A DNA stretch of 32,000 bases from an archaeon (GCA_028279805.1 JANQMZ010000007.1:180001-212000); one strand, 5' to 3'; positions 18,006-26,361 are shown, counted from the first letter of the stretch. Notes: a model not told the origin generated them from the letters alone. Made by a program: numbers and translations.

Positions 18006-19092
18006 TGTTTTCTTCCTCCCAGGTTTTTTGGGCATAATCCATTTGCTCTTTTATAATATAAGGCATTTCAGCAAAAGTGTATTTGAAAATTTCACTAATG
18101 TGCCCTGCTTTAAATTCTTCTGATTTTTTTGCTGCAGCCGCAACTTTTTCTTCAGCTTCAGCCCAGACTTTTTCTTTATAATTATCATCTAAAAGTTTTT
18201 TTTTGCGCAAATATTTTTCAAATCTTTCAATCGGATCTTTTTCTTTCCACGGTTCAACCTCTTCTTCTTTCCTGTATTTTTTCGGGTCATCAGCTGTTGT
18301 ATGCATTCCCATTCTGTAAGTTATTGCTTCAATTAACGTTGCACCTTTTCCCTTTGAACCTCTTTCAATTGCTTCTTTTGTTGCAGCATAAACTGCCAGA
18401 ACATCATTACCATCAACCTGAATTCCTTTTATTCCGAAAGCAATTGCTTTTTGTGCAAAAGATTCTGCAGCTGTCTGTTTTGTTGTCGGAACAGAAATTG
18501 CCCAGCCGTTGTTTCTGCATAAAAAAATTGTAGGAGTTTTCCATGCTCCTGAAAAATTCATTGCTTCCAGTGTTTCACCCTCGGATGTAGCTCCGTCTCC
18601 GAAAAAAACCAATGCCGCTTCATCTTTTTTTCTTAATTTGGCAGCATAACCTAAACCAACTGCATGCAATGGCTGTGAACCAACTGGAACACTTACAGGC
18701 ATGTTGTGGGCATCAGGCTCTCCTCTTGACCCTTCCTCGGAACCTTTCATGTAAATATAAATTGCTTCTAACGGCACTCCTCGTGTAATAAAACAAGGGC
18801 TTTCCCTGTAGGAAGGAACCATCCAGTCCTGTTTTCTTAAAGCAAAAGTTGATGCAACCATTGCAGCCTCTTCCCCGGTACTGGGAGCAAATGTTGCCAG
18901 TTTGCCTTGCCTTTGCATTTTTACAGCTTTCTGGTCAAACACTCTTGAAACAACCATTGTTTCATAAATTTTTTTTAAATCTTCATCAGCAATTTTTGGC
19001 TCAAGTTTTTCATCAACATTCCCGTCCTCATCAAGAATCTGCAAATGTTCAATTTCAAACTTGTGTTTAACAGTTTTAGGCATTTTTTTCAC
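17998..19092 (-). CDS. pdhA: 2-oxoacid dehydrogenase E1 component, alpha subunit
   Basis: TPP-binding GDGATSEGETLEAMNFSGAWKTPTIFLCRNNGWAIS; TYRMGMHTTADDP. Confidence 0.96.
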   Translation of the reverse strand: MKKMPKTVKHKFEIEHLQILDEDGNVDEKLEPKIADEDLKKIYETMVVSRVFDQKAVKMQRQGKLATFAPSTGEEAAMVASTFALRKQDWMVPSYRESPCFITRGVPLEAIYIYMKGSEEGSRGEPDAHNMPVSVPVGSQPLHAVGLGYAAKLRKKDEAALVFFGDGATSEGETLEAMNFSGAWKTPTIFLCRNNGWAISVPTTKQTAAESFAQKAIAFGIKGIQVDGNDVLAVYAATKEAIERGSKGKGATLIEAITYRMGMHTTADDPKKYRKEEEVEPWKEKDPIERFEKYLRKKKLLDDNYKEKVWAEAEEKVAAAAKKSEEFKAGHISEIFKYTFAEMPYIIKEQMDYAQKTWEEENNG

Positions 19093-19990
19093 TCCTTAAA
19101 AGTTTTTCAATAAAAACTTCTCCGGCTTTATATGATGACCTGACAAATGGTCCCGAAAATGTTGCTTTGAATTGTAACTCGTTTGCTTTTTGTTCATAAA
19201 ATTTAAAAGTTTCAGGATGAACATATTCCTGTAAAGGAAAATGTTTTTCACTTGGCTGCAAATATTGACCAATTGTAAAAATGTCAACATCAATTTTTCT
19301 TAAATCATTCATTAATTCCAGAACTTCTTTTTTTGTTTCTCCCAAGCCGACCATTATTCCTGTTTTTGTAAAAATTTTTGGATTTAATTCTTTAATTGTT
19401 TTTAAAACTTTTAATGACTGTTCATAATTTGCACGCCTGTCACGAACCTGTGATTGCAAACGCTTAACAGTTTCAACATTATGTCCGATAACTTCTGCAC
19501 CTGATTTGACAACATTTTCAATTAATTTTTTTTCACCGGAAAAATCCGGAATTAATAATTCAACAGTTGTATTCGGGTTTTTTTGTTTAACAGCTTTAAC
19601 GCATTCTGCAAAATGGTTTGAGCCCTGATCCTCCAAATCATCCCTGTCGACGGATGTTATTACAATGTAATTCAGATTCATTTCTTTTACTGTTCTTGCC
19701 AGTTCTTCCGGTTCAGATTTTAATTCTTCCATTGAATTTCCATAACGTGCCGATTTTATTGCACAAAACCTGCAGCCTCTGGTACATGTGTCCCCCAAAA
19801 CCATGAATGTTGCTGTTCCGGATGACCAGCATTCTGCAATGTTGGGGCAGTGAGCTTCCTGGCAAACTGTTGCTAAGCCACGTGGTTTAACCATTTGTTT
19901 AATTTGTTTATAAGATTTGGTTGTTGGCGGCCTGATTTTAAGCCATTCGGGTTTTTTTGAACTGCCTGAATCAAGAACATTTAATTGCAT
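19076..19990 (-). CDS. lipA: Lipoyl synthase
   Basis: Auxiliary cluster CQEAHCPNIAEC (CX4CX5C); radical SAM CTRGCRFC (CX3CX2C); C-terminal GPFVRSSYKAGE. Confidence 0.97.
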   Translation of the reverse strand: MQLNVLDSGSSKKPEWLKIRPPTTKSYKQIKQMVKPRGLATVCQEAHCPNIAECWSSGTATFMVLGDTCTRGCRFCAIKSARYGNSMEELKSEPEELARTVKEMNLNYIVITSVDRDDLEDQGSNHFAECVKAVKQKNPNTTVELLIPDFSGEKKLIENVVKSGAEVIGHNVETVKRLQSQVRDRRANYEQSLKVLKTIKELNPKIFTKTGIMVGLGETKKEVLELMNDLRKIDVDIFTIGQYLQPSEKHFPLQEYVHPETFKFYEQKANELQFKATFSGPFVRSSYKAGEVFIEKLLRSEKNA

Positions 19991-20127
19991 CTCTTAATTA
20001 CCCACTCAAACCTATAAAAAGCTTGTTAATCAACGTTGCATAACTTTGAGGATTGTCGAAAAAAGCTTTCTTTTTGTGAGAAAAAGCATGTTAAATTATT
20101 TAAAATTTGTTCCAGTTTTTTACAGAA

Positions 20128-20529
20128 TTAATGTTTGATTTGTTTGTGCAGTTGCAGCCATAATTCTTCCATGTCAATTTCAACTTTTTCTCTGCCAATC
20201 TCCAGACTCGCAGTCGGGATTAAAATTCCCTTTTTTGCTCGCATGGTAATAACCTCAAACAATGCCAGTATTTGCTGTGCTTTTACCGAATCAGAAACTT
20301 CAATGCCCTGCAAGCTTAATCTTAAGTTTAAATAGTCATTGATTTTGGAAAAAAGATGAATATTTTGTTTTAAAAAGTTTTTAAGATCAGGATAAGGCGA
20401 ACTTTCAATGCGTTTCCATATTTCTTCAACAAGCCCGGGATTTGCACCAAAATGTTCATTTAAAACCTGTTTTGGGTCTTTTTTTTGGTTTCCCCGGCCT
20501 TTTCCGGGTTTTCTTCCATGTCCTTTCAT
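20128..20529 (-). CDS. Hypothetical protein with basic Gly/Lys-rich N-terminus
   Basis: 133-aa ORF, MKGHGRKPGKGRGNQKKDPKQ..., with non-repetitive codon usage. Confidence 0.6.
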   Translation of the reverse strand: MKGHGRKPGKGRGNQKKDPKQVLNEHFGANPGLVEEIWKRIESSPYPDLKNFLKQNIHLFSKINDYLNLRLSLQGIEVSDSVKAQQILALFEVITMRAKKGILIPTASLEIGREKVEIDMEELWLQLHKQIKH

Positions 20530-20549
20530 TTATTCACCAGATGTTAAAG

Positions 20550-20621
20550 CGTCCAGGACAGGATTCGAACCTGTGACCTGTCGGTTAACAGCCGACTGCT
20601 CTACCGCTGAGCTACCTGGAC
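20550..20621 (-). tRNA. tRNA-Asn(GTT)
   Basis: Reverse complement: GTCCAGG acceptor pairs with CCTGGAC; anticodon arm GTCGG-CTGTTAA-CCGAC gives anticodon GTT; T arm ACAGG-TTCGAAT-CCTGT; no encoded CCA. Confidence 0.96.
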
Positions 20622-20695
20622 ATTTTTACTGAATAAAAGAAAAATGCGGTAAATGTATTTAAAATTGTGCTGAAAAAGAAAAAAAGCTTATACAT

Positions 20696-20755
20696 AATAT
20701 TTTGGTTGTTTGAAGCTTAAACAAGAATTTATTAACATTTTTCAACCAAAATATT
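20696..20755. repeat. Perfect 13-bp inverted repeat AATATTTTGGTTG...CAACCAAAATATT with a 34-nt spacer
   Basis: Left arm 20696..20708, right arm 20743..20755, in the long tRNA-Asn/ftsZ intergenic region. Confidence 0.8.
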
Positions 20756-20917
20756 GCTTTGTTAACGTTTTGCAGTCAAATTAACACTTTTTGACGATTT
20801 TTTTACAAAAAATAAGTAATTTTTATTAATAAGTTTTATTTTATGTTTGAAATGGCTTAACTTTACCCATATTTTTGAATAAAGTGTTAATTTTCTTGCG
20901 TTTGAAAAAAGGAACCT

Positions 20918-21000
20918 ATTTAAAGGAGTTTGACAGCAATAGTAATTAATCAGGCATTTTTGCCTAACATACATAGCTTATTATCAAAAGGGGTGATATT
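20918..21000 (+). promoter_or_regulatory. ftsZ promoter and leader: TTTAAA box, leader hairpin, Shine-Dalgarno
   Basis: cctatttaaagg TATA-like box; leader hairpin AGGCA-TTTT-TGCCT at 20952..20965; SD-like aaaaggggtgat directly before the TTG start at 21001. Confidence 0.55.
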
Positions 21001-22077
21001 TTGAAAAGCATTGTAGAAGGAGCCAGAGATAAGGCTACACCGGCAGCTGATGAAAGACTTGAAGATTTTGGAAGCCCTAAAATCATGGTTATTGGATGTG
21101 GTGGAGCAGGAAGTAATGCTGTTAACCGTTTGGCTAACATGGGCATTACAGGCGCTCAATTAGTTGGTGTAAACACTGACAAACAACACTTGGCTTTGAT
21201 TAATGATGAATTAACAAAAATTTTAATCGGAAAAAGTGTTACAAGGGGTCTTGGAGCCGGAGGTTATCCTGAAATCGGAGCCAAAGCAGCTGAAGTGTCA
21301 AGATCTGCCTTGGAAGAAATTTTGGACGGAGTTGACATGCTGTTTCTTTCAGCTGGAATGGGTGGAGGAACTGGTACTGGAGCCGCTCCAATAATTGCGG
21401 AAATTGCAAAAGAACAGGGAGCCATTGTTATCGCAATTGTAACTTATCCTTTTGCTTTGGAAAAAGCAAGGCTTGGAAAAGCAGAGGAAGGAATCACTGC
21501 TTTGCAGGAAGTTACTGACACTGTTGTTGTAATTGACAATAACAGACTGGTTGAATTGGTTCCAAATTTGCCAATCCAGGATGCATTCAGAGTTGCTGAT
21601 GAAGTTATTGCAAGAACTGTTCGAGGAATAACTGAAACAATTACTCAGCCATCCTTAATTAATCTGGATTATGCAGATGTTCGGGCTGTAATGAGCAACC
21701 AAGGTTTAAGTGTTATTGCAGTTGGTGAATCCAAATCTGTTGACAAAGTAAATGAAGTTGTTGAGGATACTTTAAGAAACTCTTTGCTTGATGTTGACAT
21801 TTCAGGAGCAACCGGTGCATTGATTCATATTACCGGCGGACCTGAATTAACTTTGGGTGAAGCAAATTCAATCGGTGAAATGTTAACAGACCAGGTTGAT
21901 TCAAAAGCAACTGTTATCTGGGGTTCAAGAGTTGATCCGACTTTTGAAAACAAAATTGAAGTTATTTCAATTTTCACCGGAGTATCATCTCCTTACATTA
22001 AAGGCGCAGAAGCAAATATTGCTCCTGCAAGAGCTGCGAGAAGCGGAAAAGGAGACCTTGGACTAGGCTTTTTATAA
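21001..22077 (+). CDS. ftsZ: Cell division protein FtsZ (TTG start)
   Basis: VIGCGGAGSNAVNRL; tubulin signature GGGTGTGAAP; NLDYADVRAVM; strong SD upstream of the TTG. Confidence 0.98.
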   Translation: MKSIVEGARDKATPAADERLEDFGSPKIMVIGCGGAGSNAVNRLANMGITGAQLVGVNTDKQHLALINDELTKILIGKSVTRGLGAGGYPEIGAKAAEVSRSALEEILDGVDMLFLSAGMGGGTGTGAAPIIAEIAKEQGAIVIAIVTYPFALEKARLGKAEEGITALQEVTDTVVVIDNNRLVELVPNLPIQDAFRVADEVIARTVRGITETITQPSLINLDYADVRAVMSNQGLSVIAVGESKSVDKVNEVVEDTLRNSLLDVDISGATGALIHITGGPELTLGEANSIGEMLTDQVDSKATVIWGSRVDPTFENKIEVISIFTGVSSPYIKGAEANIAPARAARSGKGDLGLGFL

Positions 22078-22112
22078 ATGAGGTTAAAACCTCATTTCCT
22101 TTTTCTTTTTTT
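22076..22112 (+). terminator. Hairpin plus pyrimidine/T-rich tract directly after ftsZ
   Basis: AAATGAGGTT-AA-AACCTCATTT (22076..22097, 10-bp perfect stem) overlaps the TAA stop and is followed by CCTTTTCTTTTTTT. Confidence 0.6.
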
Positions 22113-22154
22113 ATTTTCAAAAGTATTTTATAGCATGAAAAACTTATTTTTTTA

Positions 22155-22919
22155 ATGGCTGACAGAAAACAAATTGAACGTTTAAGCAGGGCAACCTTAT
22201 CTTTTTTTGCAGCCCTATGGCTTGGTTTTACAGCACAATCAATGAAATTTTCTCAGGGAAAAAATTTAGGTCAGGAGATAGGCAGAGGAACAGCTGAAAG
22301 AATGGGAACTTTAAGAAAAGTTGCTGAAGATTCAACTAAATTGGCTGAAAGCAGAAGCATTAGAAGAAATGCTATTGTAAGGGAAATTGAAAGAACTTTA
22401 AATGAAAACCAAAATTTGATTGAAAGCCATCAAGGCTTGCAGGAATTGAGAACTTTTTTTGAAGAAGCTAACAGATTAATTTTGGAAGCTGAAAATTTTC
22501 ACAGGCAGAATAAATTTGATTTGGCTGTTGATAAAATAAGAAATGCTGATGAAAAATATGCGCAAGCATTTAATTTATTTGCAGAAATTTTTAGAGAGGA
22601 TGAATTGTTAAGGAGAAATCTTTTTAGTGTTTTAAGAGAAGAAACAATTCAGGATATTGAAAGAATAATTCAGGATGAAAAAAAATTAGAAGCGTTAAGA
22701 GAAGAAAGATATCAAAATCTTTTAAGTGGTTTGGATTCAAACAGGGAAAACATTGGAGAACAGGAAAGAAAAAGCAAATCCAAAATGCCTTTTGTAATGC
22801 TTTTGAGTTCTTTTGGTTTGATTGGTTATGGCACAAGAGAATTATTAGAATTTCAAAAAAGAAAAAAAAGCAAACCGAAAAAAGGAAATGCTAAACCAAA
22901 ACACAAATCAAGATATTGA
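22155..22919 (+). CDS. Membrane-associated coiled-coil protein, hypothetical
   Basis: N-terminal hydrophobic segment TLSFFAALWLGFTAQS, long charged heptad-like region, C-terminal hydrophobic MPFVMLLSSFGLIGYG, then a very basic tail KRKKSKPKKGNAKPKHKSRY. Confidence 0.7.
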   Translation: MADRKQIERLSRATLSFFAALWLGFTAQSMKFSQGKNLGQEIGRGTAERMGTLRKVAEDSTKLAESRSIRRNAIVREIERTLNENQNLIESHQGLQELRTFFEEANRLILEAENFHRQNKFDLAVDKIRNADEKYAQAFNLFAEIFREDELLRRNLFSVLREETIQDIERIIQDEKKLEALREERYQNLLSGLDSNRENIGEQERKSKSKMPFVMLLSSFGLIGYGTRELLEFQKRKKSKPKKGNAKPKHKSRY

Positions 22920-22973
22920 AAAAATAAAAAAATAGAAGCAAATTAACTTTTTGCTAATTTGCTTTTTAATTGT

Positions 22974-23672
22974 TTAAAGCAGACAAGCTTCTCCTTTCAT
23001 TCTTTCACAGCTTTCTTGAGCTTTTTGTTTGCATTCTAGTTCTTTTGCAGGGTCATCAAAATACTTGTGTTCACATTCTATAAGGTTTTGCTGGTAAAGA
23101 AAGTTTTGCTGGGCTTTGTCCATGCACTCCCTCCTTTCTTCAGAACCTGCTTCATATTTTGCTCTGCATGCTGCTTTTTCTCTGTCCCATTTTTTCTGGG
23201 CCTGATAGTCATCCCATGCTCTTAGCTTACATTTGTTTAACTCTGAAGGAGAATCTGCGTGGTTACTCTCGCAACTAAGTACTTGGATTTTATATAGCCA
23301 CCAAGTATTTAGTTCTTCAATGCATTGCTGTTTTTTATCTTCATCTTCTATTGCCTTGCATTTTGCAAATTTTCTTTCATATTCTTCATTTATTCTGTCC
23401 AGTTCTTCTTGGTCACTGTCAACAACTTCCGATAGTCCCGGGTTTTCTGGAATCAGATTGTCTCCAAAATGACCTTCCAAATCCATTACTTCCGGTAGTC
23501 CAGGATTTTCAGGAATCAGATTATCCTCGTAATGATCCCCAACACTCATTAAAACCGGCAATCCCGGCTCTTCTGGAATTAAATTGTCTTCGTATTGTGG
23601 CAAGGCTGTTCCCGCTGGAAACAATGTTCCAACCAAAACAAGCATTAATAATGCTAAAATTCCCCTTTTCAT
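22974..23672 (-). CDS. Secreted protein with three 21-aa repeats and a Cys-rich helical C-terminal domain
   Basis: Signal peptide from MKRGILALLMLVLVGTLFPAGTA. Repeats are YEDNLIPEEPGLPVLMSVGDH, YEDNLIPENPGLPEVMDLEGH and FGDNLIPENPGLSEVVDSDQE, followed by paired cysteines (CX11C, then three CX13C). Confidence 0.8.
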   Translation of the reverse strand: MKRGILALLMLVLVGTLFPAGTALPQYEDNLIPEEPGLPVLMSVGDHYEDNLIPENPGLPEVMDLEGHFGDNLIPENPGLSEVVDSDQEELDRINEEYERKFAKCKAIEDEDKKQQCIEELNTWWLYKIQVLSCESNHADSPSELNKCKLRAWDDYQAQKKWDREKAACRAKYEAGSEERRECMDKAQQNFLYQQNLIECEHKYFDDPAKELECKQKAQESCERMKGEACLL

Positions 23673-23772
23673 CAATAAACCCCCTGAGGTCAAACCTCAC
23701 TTAATAGACATAATTTGATTTTATTTAATGCTTTTGTTTAACACAAACCTTTTTATAAGATAATTAAAAAAG

Positions 23773-25176
23773 CTAAACAATCAAAGGTAAAGCATTCAAC
23801 AATAAAATAACTAAAATGAACCATAAGAAAATTCTGCCGATTAATTTTTCAGTGTCTTTTTTATTCATTTTCAAAAAACCAAAATAAGGCAGGAAAATTA
23901 CTTGTGCAATTCTTCCACCATCCAATGGTCCTAATGGTAAGAAATTAAAAATTGCTATTAACAGGCTTAAAAGCATTAACCAGCCAAAAAATTCTAAAAT
24001 AAAAAACTGCAATTGAATTAATTCAAAATAATAAGGAGGATAAACAAAGTTTTGTTTTATTTGTTCGCTTATTGTAAAACCGTAACGGCCAATTTCATTT
24101 CTTTGTAACGAAACACTTTTTGTTTCTCCTGAAGAATTTTCAAAAGCAATTTGCATTTCTTTTTCACCGGCAGCACGAATTGCATTTGAAGCATGTACAA
24201 CCGTTAAAACATTTTCATCATTTATTGATAACAATTTTGAATTTGCTTCAATTTTTCCAAATGCAGGTGAATCAAATTTATCCCCACAGAATTCAAAATT
24301 TTCTTCAACTGAATCAATTTTAACAAATTGAACAGAATTATTGTGAACAGAACTTAAAGAAGCACTGATTGGAGAAAACAAAATTAAAATAATTGACAAT
24401 ATTATGAAAAAAATGGGAATTGATAACAGGTTTCCGGATGGCCCTGCCGCAAAAACCCTTAACGCTTTTCTTGGATTTGCTTTTTCCAATTCTTTTTCAT
24501 CCGGTTCAACAAATGCCCCGATTGGCAAAATTCCAGCCAGCAATAAGCCCGCGCTCTTAATTTTGAATCCTTCTTTTCTTGCTAACACGCCGTGCATTCC
24601 TTCATGCACTATTAAAATTATTAACAAAGACAACCATGCATGCAGCGGAACCAATGGCAGGCCGGGAAACTGTACTCCGGGAATTAGTGGTGCGACTCCG
24701 GGGCATGCATCTACTCCGATGAAAAGTTTTGAAATGATGTCAAAAGCATTTACAATCAGGCTGAGCAAAGTGTAACCTGCCAAGCCAAATAATCCGAAAC
24801 TTATTGTAAAAATTAGTGAAAAATCTTTTGTTAACGGATTAAAATCAACAAGCCATTTCAAAAAACTGTTATATAAAATTATTAAAACAACAAAAGCAAA
24901 CAAGTTCATTGCAAGTCTTTCAGATAATTTTTTTTTTCTTGCATACAAGTAATCAAATGCAGGCAAACCCATTCCCAGAATCAGGCCAATTTCAGAAAAA
25001 ATGTTTAGAAATTTTTTATAATGGGAAAATTTATCCAACAAGGGCAGATAGCGGGTGCTTTTTAGCATTGAAAATAAGTAAAAAGTTTCAGCATTGGTAA
25101 AACGCCTTATTATCAGTGTTGTAATAAACAAAAATAATATTATTCCGCCAATAAAGGAAATTGCAGGGTCAAGCAT
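23773..25176 (-). CDS. Site-2-protease-like intramembrane metalloprotease (M50) with PDZ-like insert
   Basis: Zinc motif VHEGMHG (HExxH) in a hydrophobic helix; PLGPLDGGRI (LDG motif); multiple TM helices; PDZ-like GKIEANSKLLSINDENVLTV. Confidence 0.92.
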   Translation of the reverse strand: MLDPAISFIGGIILFLFITTLIIRRFTNAETFYLFSMLKSTRYLPLLDKFSHYKKFLNIFSEIGLILGMGLPAFDYLYARKKKLSERLAMNLFAFVVLIILYNSFLKWLVDFNPLTKDFSLIFTISFGLFGLAGYTLLSLIVNAFDIISKLFIGVDACPGVAPLIPGVQFPGLPLVPLHAWLSLLIILIVHEGMHGVLARKEGFKIKSAGLLLAGILPIGAFVEPDEKELEKANPRKALRVFAAGPSGNLLSIPIFFIILSIILILFSPISASLSSVHNNSVQFVKIDSVEENFEFCGDKFDSPAFGKIEANSKLLSINDENVLTVVHASNAIRAAGEKEMQIAFENSSGETKSVSLQRNEIGRYGFTISEQIKQNFVYPPYYFELIQLQFFILEFFGWLMLLSLLIAIFNFLPLGPLDGGRIAQVIFLPYFGFLKMNKKDTEKLIGRIFLWFILVILLLNALPLIV

Positions 25177-25548
25177 TTATTCTGCCTCTTTTAATGAAAT
25201 GTTTAAATTTTTTTCAAGTTTTTCAATTAACTTGTCTTCAGGTTTTATTGCACCGGATTCAACTTTTTTTAAAGTTGATTCTTTTTCAAACAATTTTTTT
25301 GACAATTGTTCAAATGTCAGGTTTTGTTTTTGCCGGGCTTGTTGAATTATTTGATTATAGTTTTCTTTTAACATTCCTTTTCCTGTTAAATCCAATTGTT
25401 CTGGTTTTTGAACTTTTGAAACAATTGCTTCCATTTTTTTTAATGGAACACTTGACTGCCTGCAGGAAGAGCAAACCATTAATGTTTCTCCTTCTGAACG
25501 CATCGCAACCAAGTCAGCTGTTTCTTTTGAACAAACATTGCACTGCAT
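25177..25548 (-). CDS. MBF1-like transcription factor (zinc ribbon plus HTH)
   Basis: N-terminal CNVCSKE...CSSCR zinc ribbon; Cro/C1-type HTH IIQQARQKQNLTFEQLSKKLFEKESTLKKVESGAIKPED. The gene abuts the M50 gene with no gap. Confidence 0.85.
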   Translation of the reverse strand: MQCNVCSKETADLVAMRSEGETLMVCSSCRQSSVPLKKMEAIVSKVQKPEQLDLTGKGMLKENYNQIIQQARQKQNLTFEQLSKKLFEKESTLKKVESGAIKPEDKLIEKLEKNLNISLKEAE

Positions 25549-25590
25549 TCACAAATAAAAGATGCAAATGTTTTTAATAAAAAAGTTTAA

Positions 25591-26298
25591 TCAGAGTTGT
25601 TTAACTAGAAATTTTCCTTGTTTTTTATAACCAGCATCTTTTGCAATAGCATAATACATTCCGGTTGTTCTTTTGTATATTTTTTCAGCGTCCTCTCTGG
25701 TTAATCTTTCCCAGTATTCTGCTTCCCTTTGCTCATTATAGCTTTGAAGCGGTTTTATGTGTTCGGGCTTTAAAATTCTAATTGAATCAAAACCAAGTTT
25801 TTTCGCCTGTCTTTCCAATTCTTTCAACAAAAATGAAGCCCAGCCTCTTCCCATTCTTTCCCTGAAACCAGTGACTTCACGTTTTACTCCCTGGGTTCCT
25901 TGAATTCCTTCAATTATTATTGTTTTTCCGTTACGCGTTGTTTCAAACACCAATTCCAGCCCACCAATTCGTGTATTGCTCTGCGATACTCTTAATTCTA
26001 AAAAACCTGCGGCAGGTTCTCTGTCAAGTTTTATAGTATAACCATTAACTTCAATTTCTTCAAATTCTCTAATAAATTTTTTAGCTTCTCTAAAAGAGCG
26101 TGCTCTTTTCCACCCGTTTTTAGCCCAATCAGCAAATGTTGTGATTAAACTTCGCTTAGTCTGAGTGCCATAACGCATTCCAGCGGCAGCATCCAATTGA
26201 TCAGTTCTTCCAATTGGTTTTCGTTGCTGAAAAGGAAAACTATGCTCGGCTAAAGCAATGCTTTCTCCAGGATTCCGAGGCAAACCTTTACGAGGCAT
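25591..26298 (-). CDS. Hypothetical protein, possible GNAT-like fold
   Basis: LELVFETTRNGKTIIIEGIQG...MGRGWASFLLKELERQAKKLGFDSIRI...MYYAIAKDAGYKKQG has the beta/alpha order of acetyltransferases. Assignment is weak. Confidence 0.5.
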   Translation of the reverse strand: MPRKGLPRNPGESIALAEHSFPFQQRKPIGRTDQLDAAAGMRYGTQTKRSLITTFADWAKNGWKRARSFREAKKFIREFEEIEVNGYTIKLDREPAAGFLELRVSQSNTRIGGLELVFETTRNGKTIIIEGIQGTQGVKREVTGFRERMGRGWASFLLKELERQAKKLGFDSIRILKPEHIKPLQSYNEQREAEYWERLTREDAEKIYKRTTGMYYAIAKDAGYKKQGKFLVKQL

Positions 26299-26361
26299 AA
26301 TAGTTCTACTGTTCTAGACTATAAAAAAGTATTTTTAACAATTTGGAATCAAGATTGTTGC

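Noticed and set aside
17998-18035. 10-aa N-terminal extension of E1-beta (MPKKPGRKKT)
   Set aside because: The internal ATG at 18005 matches the expected E1-beta start and gives a normal short overlap with E1-alpha.
14120-19070. Numerous plus-strand ORFs of 60-171 aa opposite the PDH operon, for example 14302..14817, 16575..16940 and 18129..18533
   Set aside because: Their translations are Leu/Phe/Ser/Gln-rich low-complexity shadows of well-conserved minus-strand genes. No family motifs, and the opposite strand is fully explained.
20762-20974. 70-aa minus-strand ORF in the ftsZ upstream region
   Set aside because: AT-rich composition, no start-site support, overlaps the ftsZ promoter and leader; more likely non-coding.
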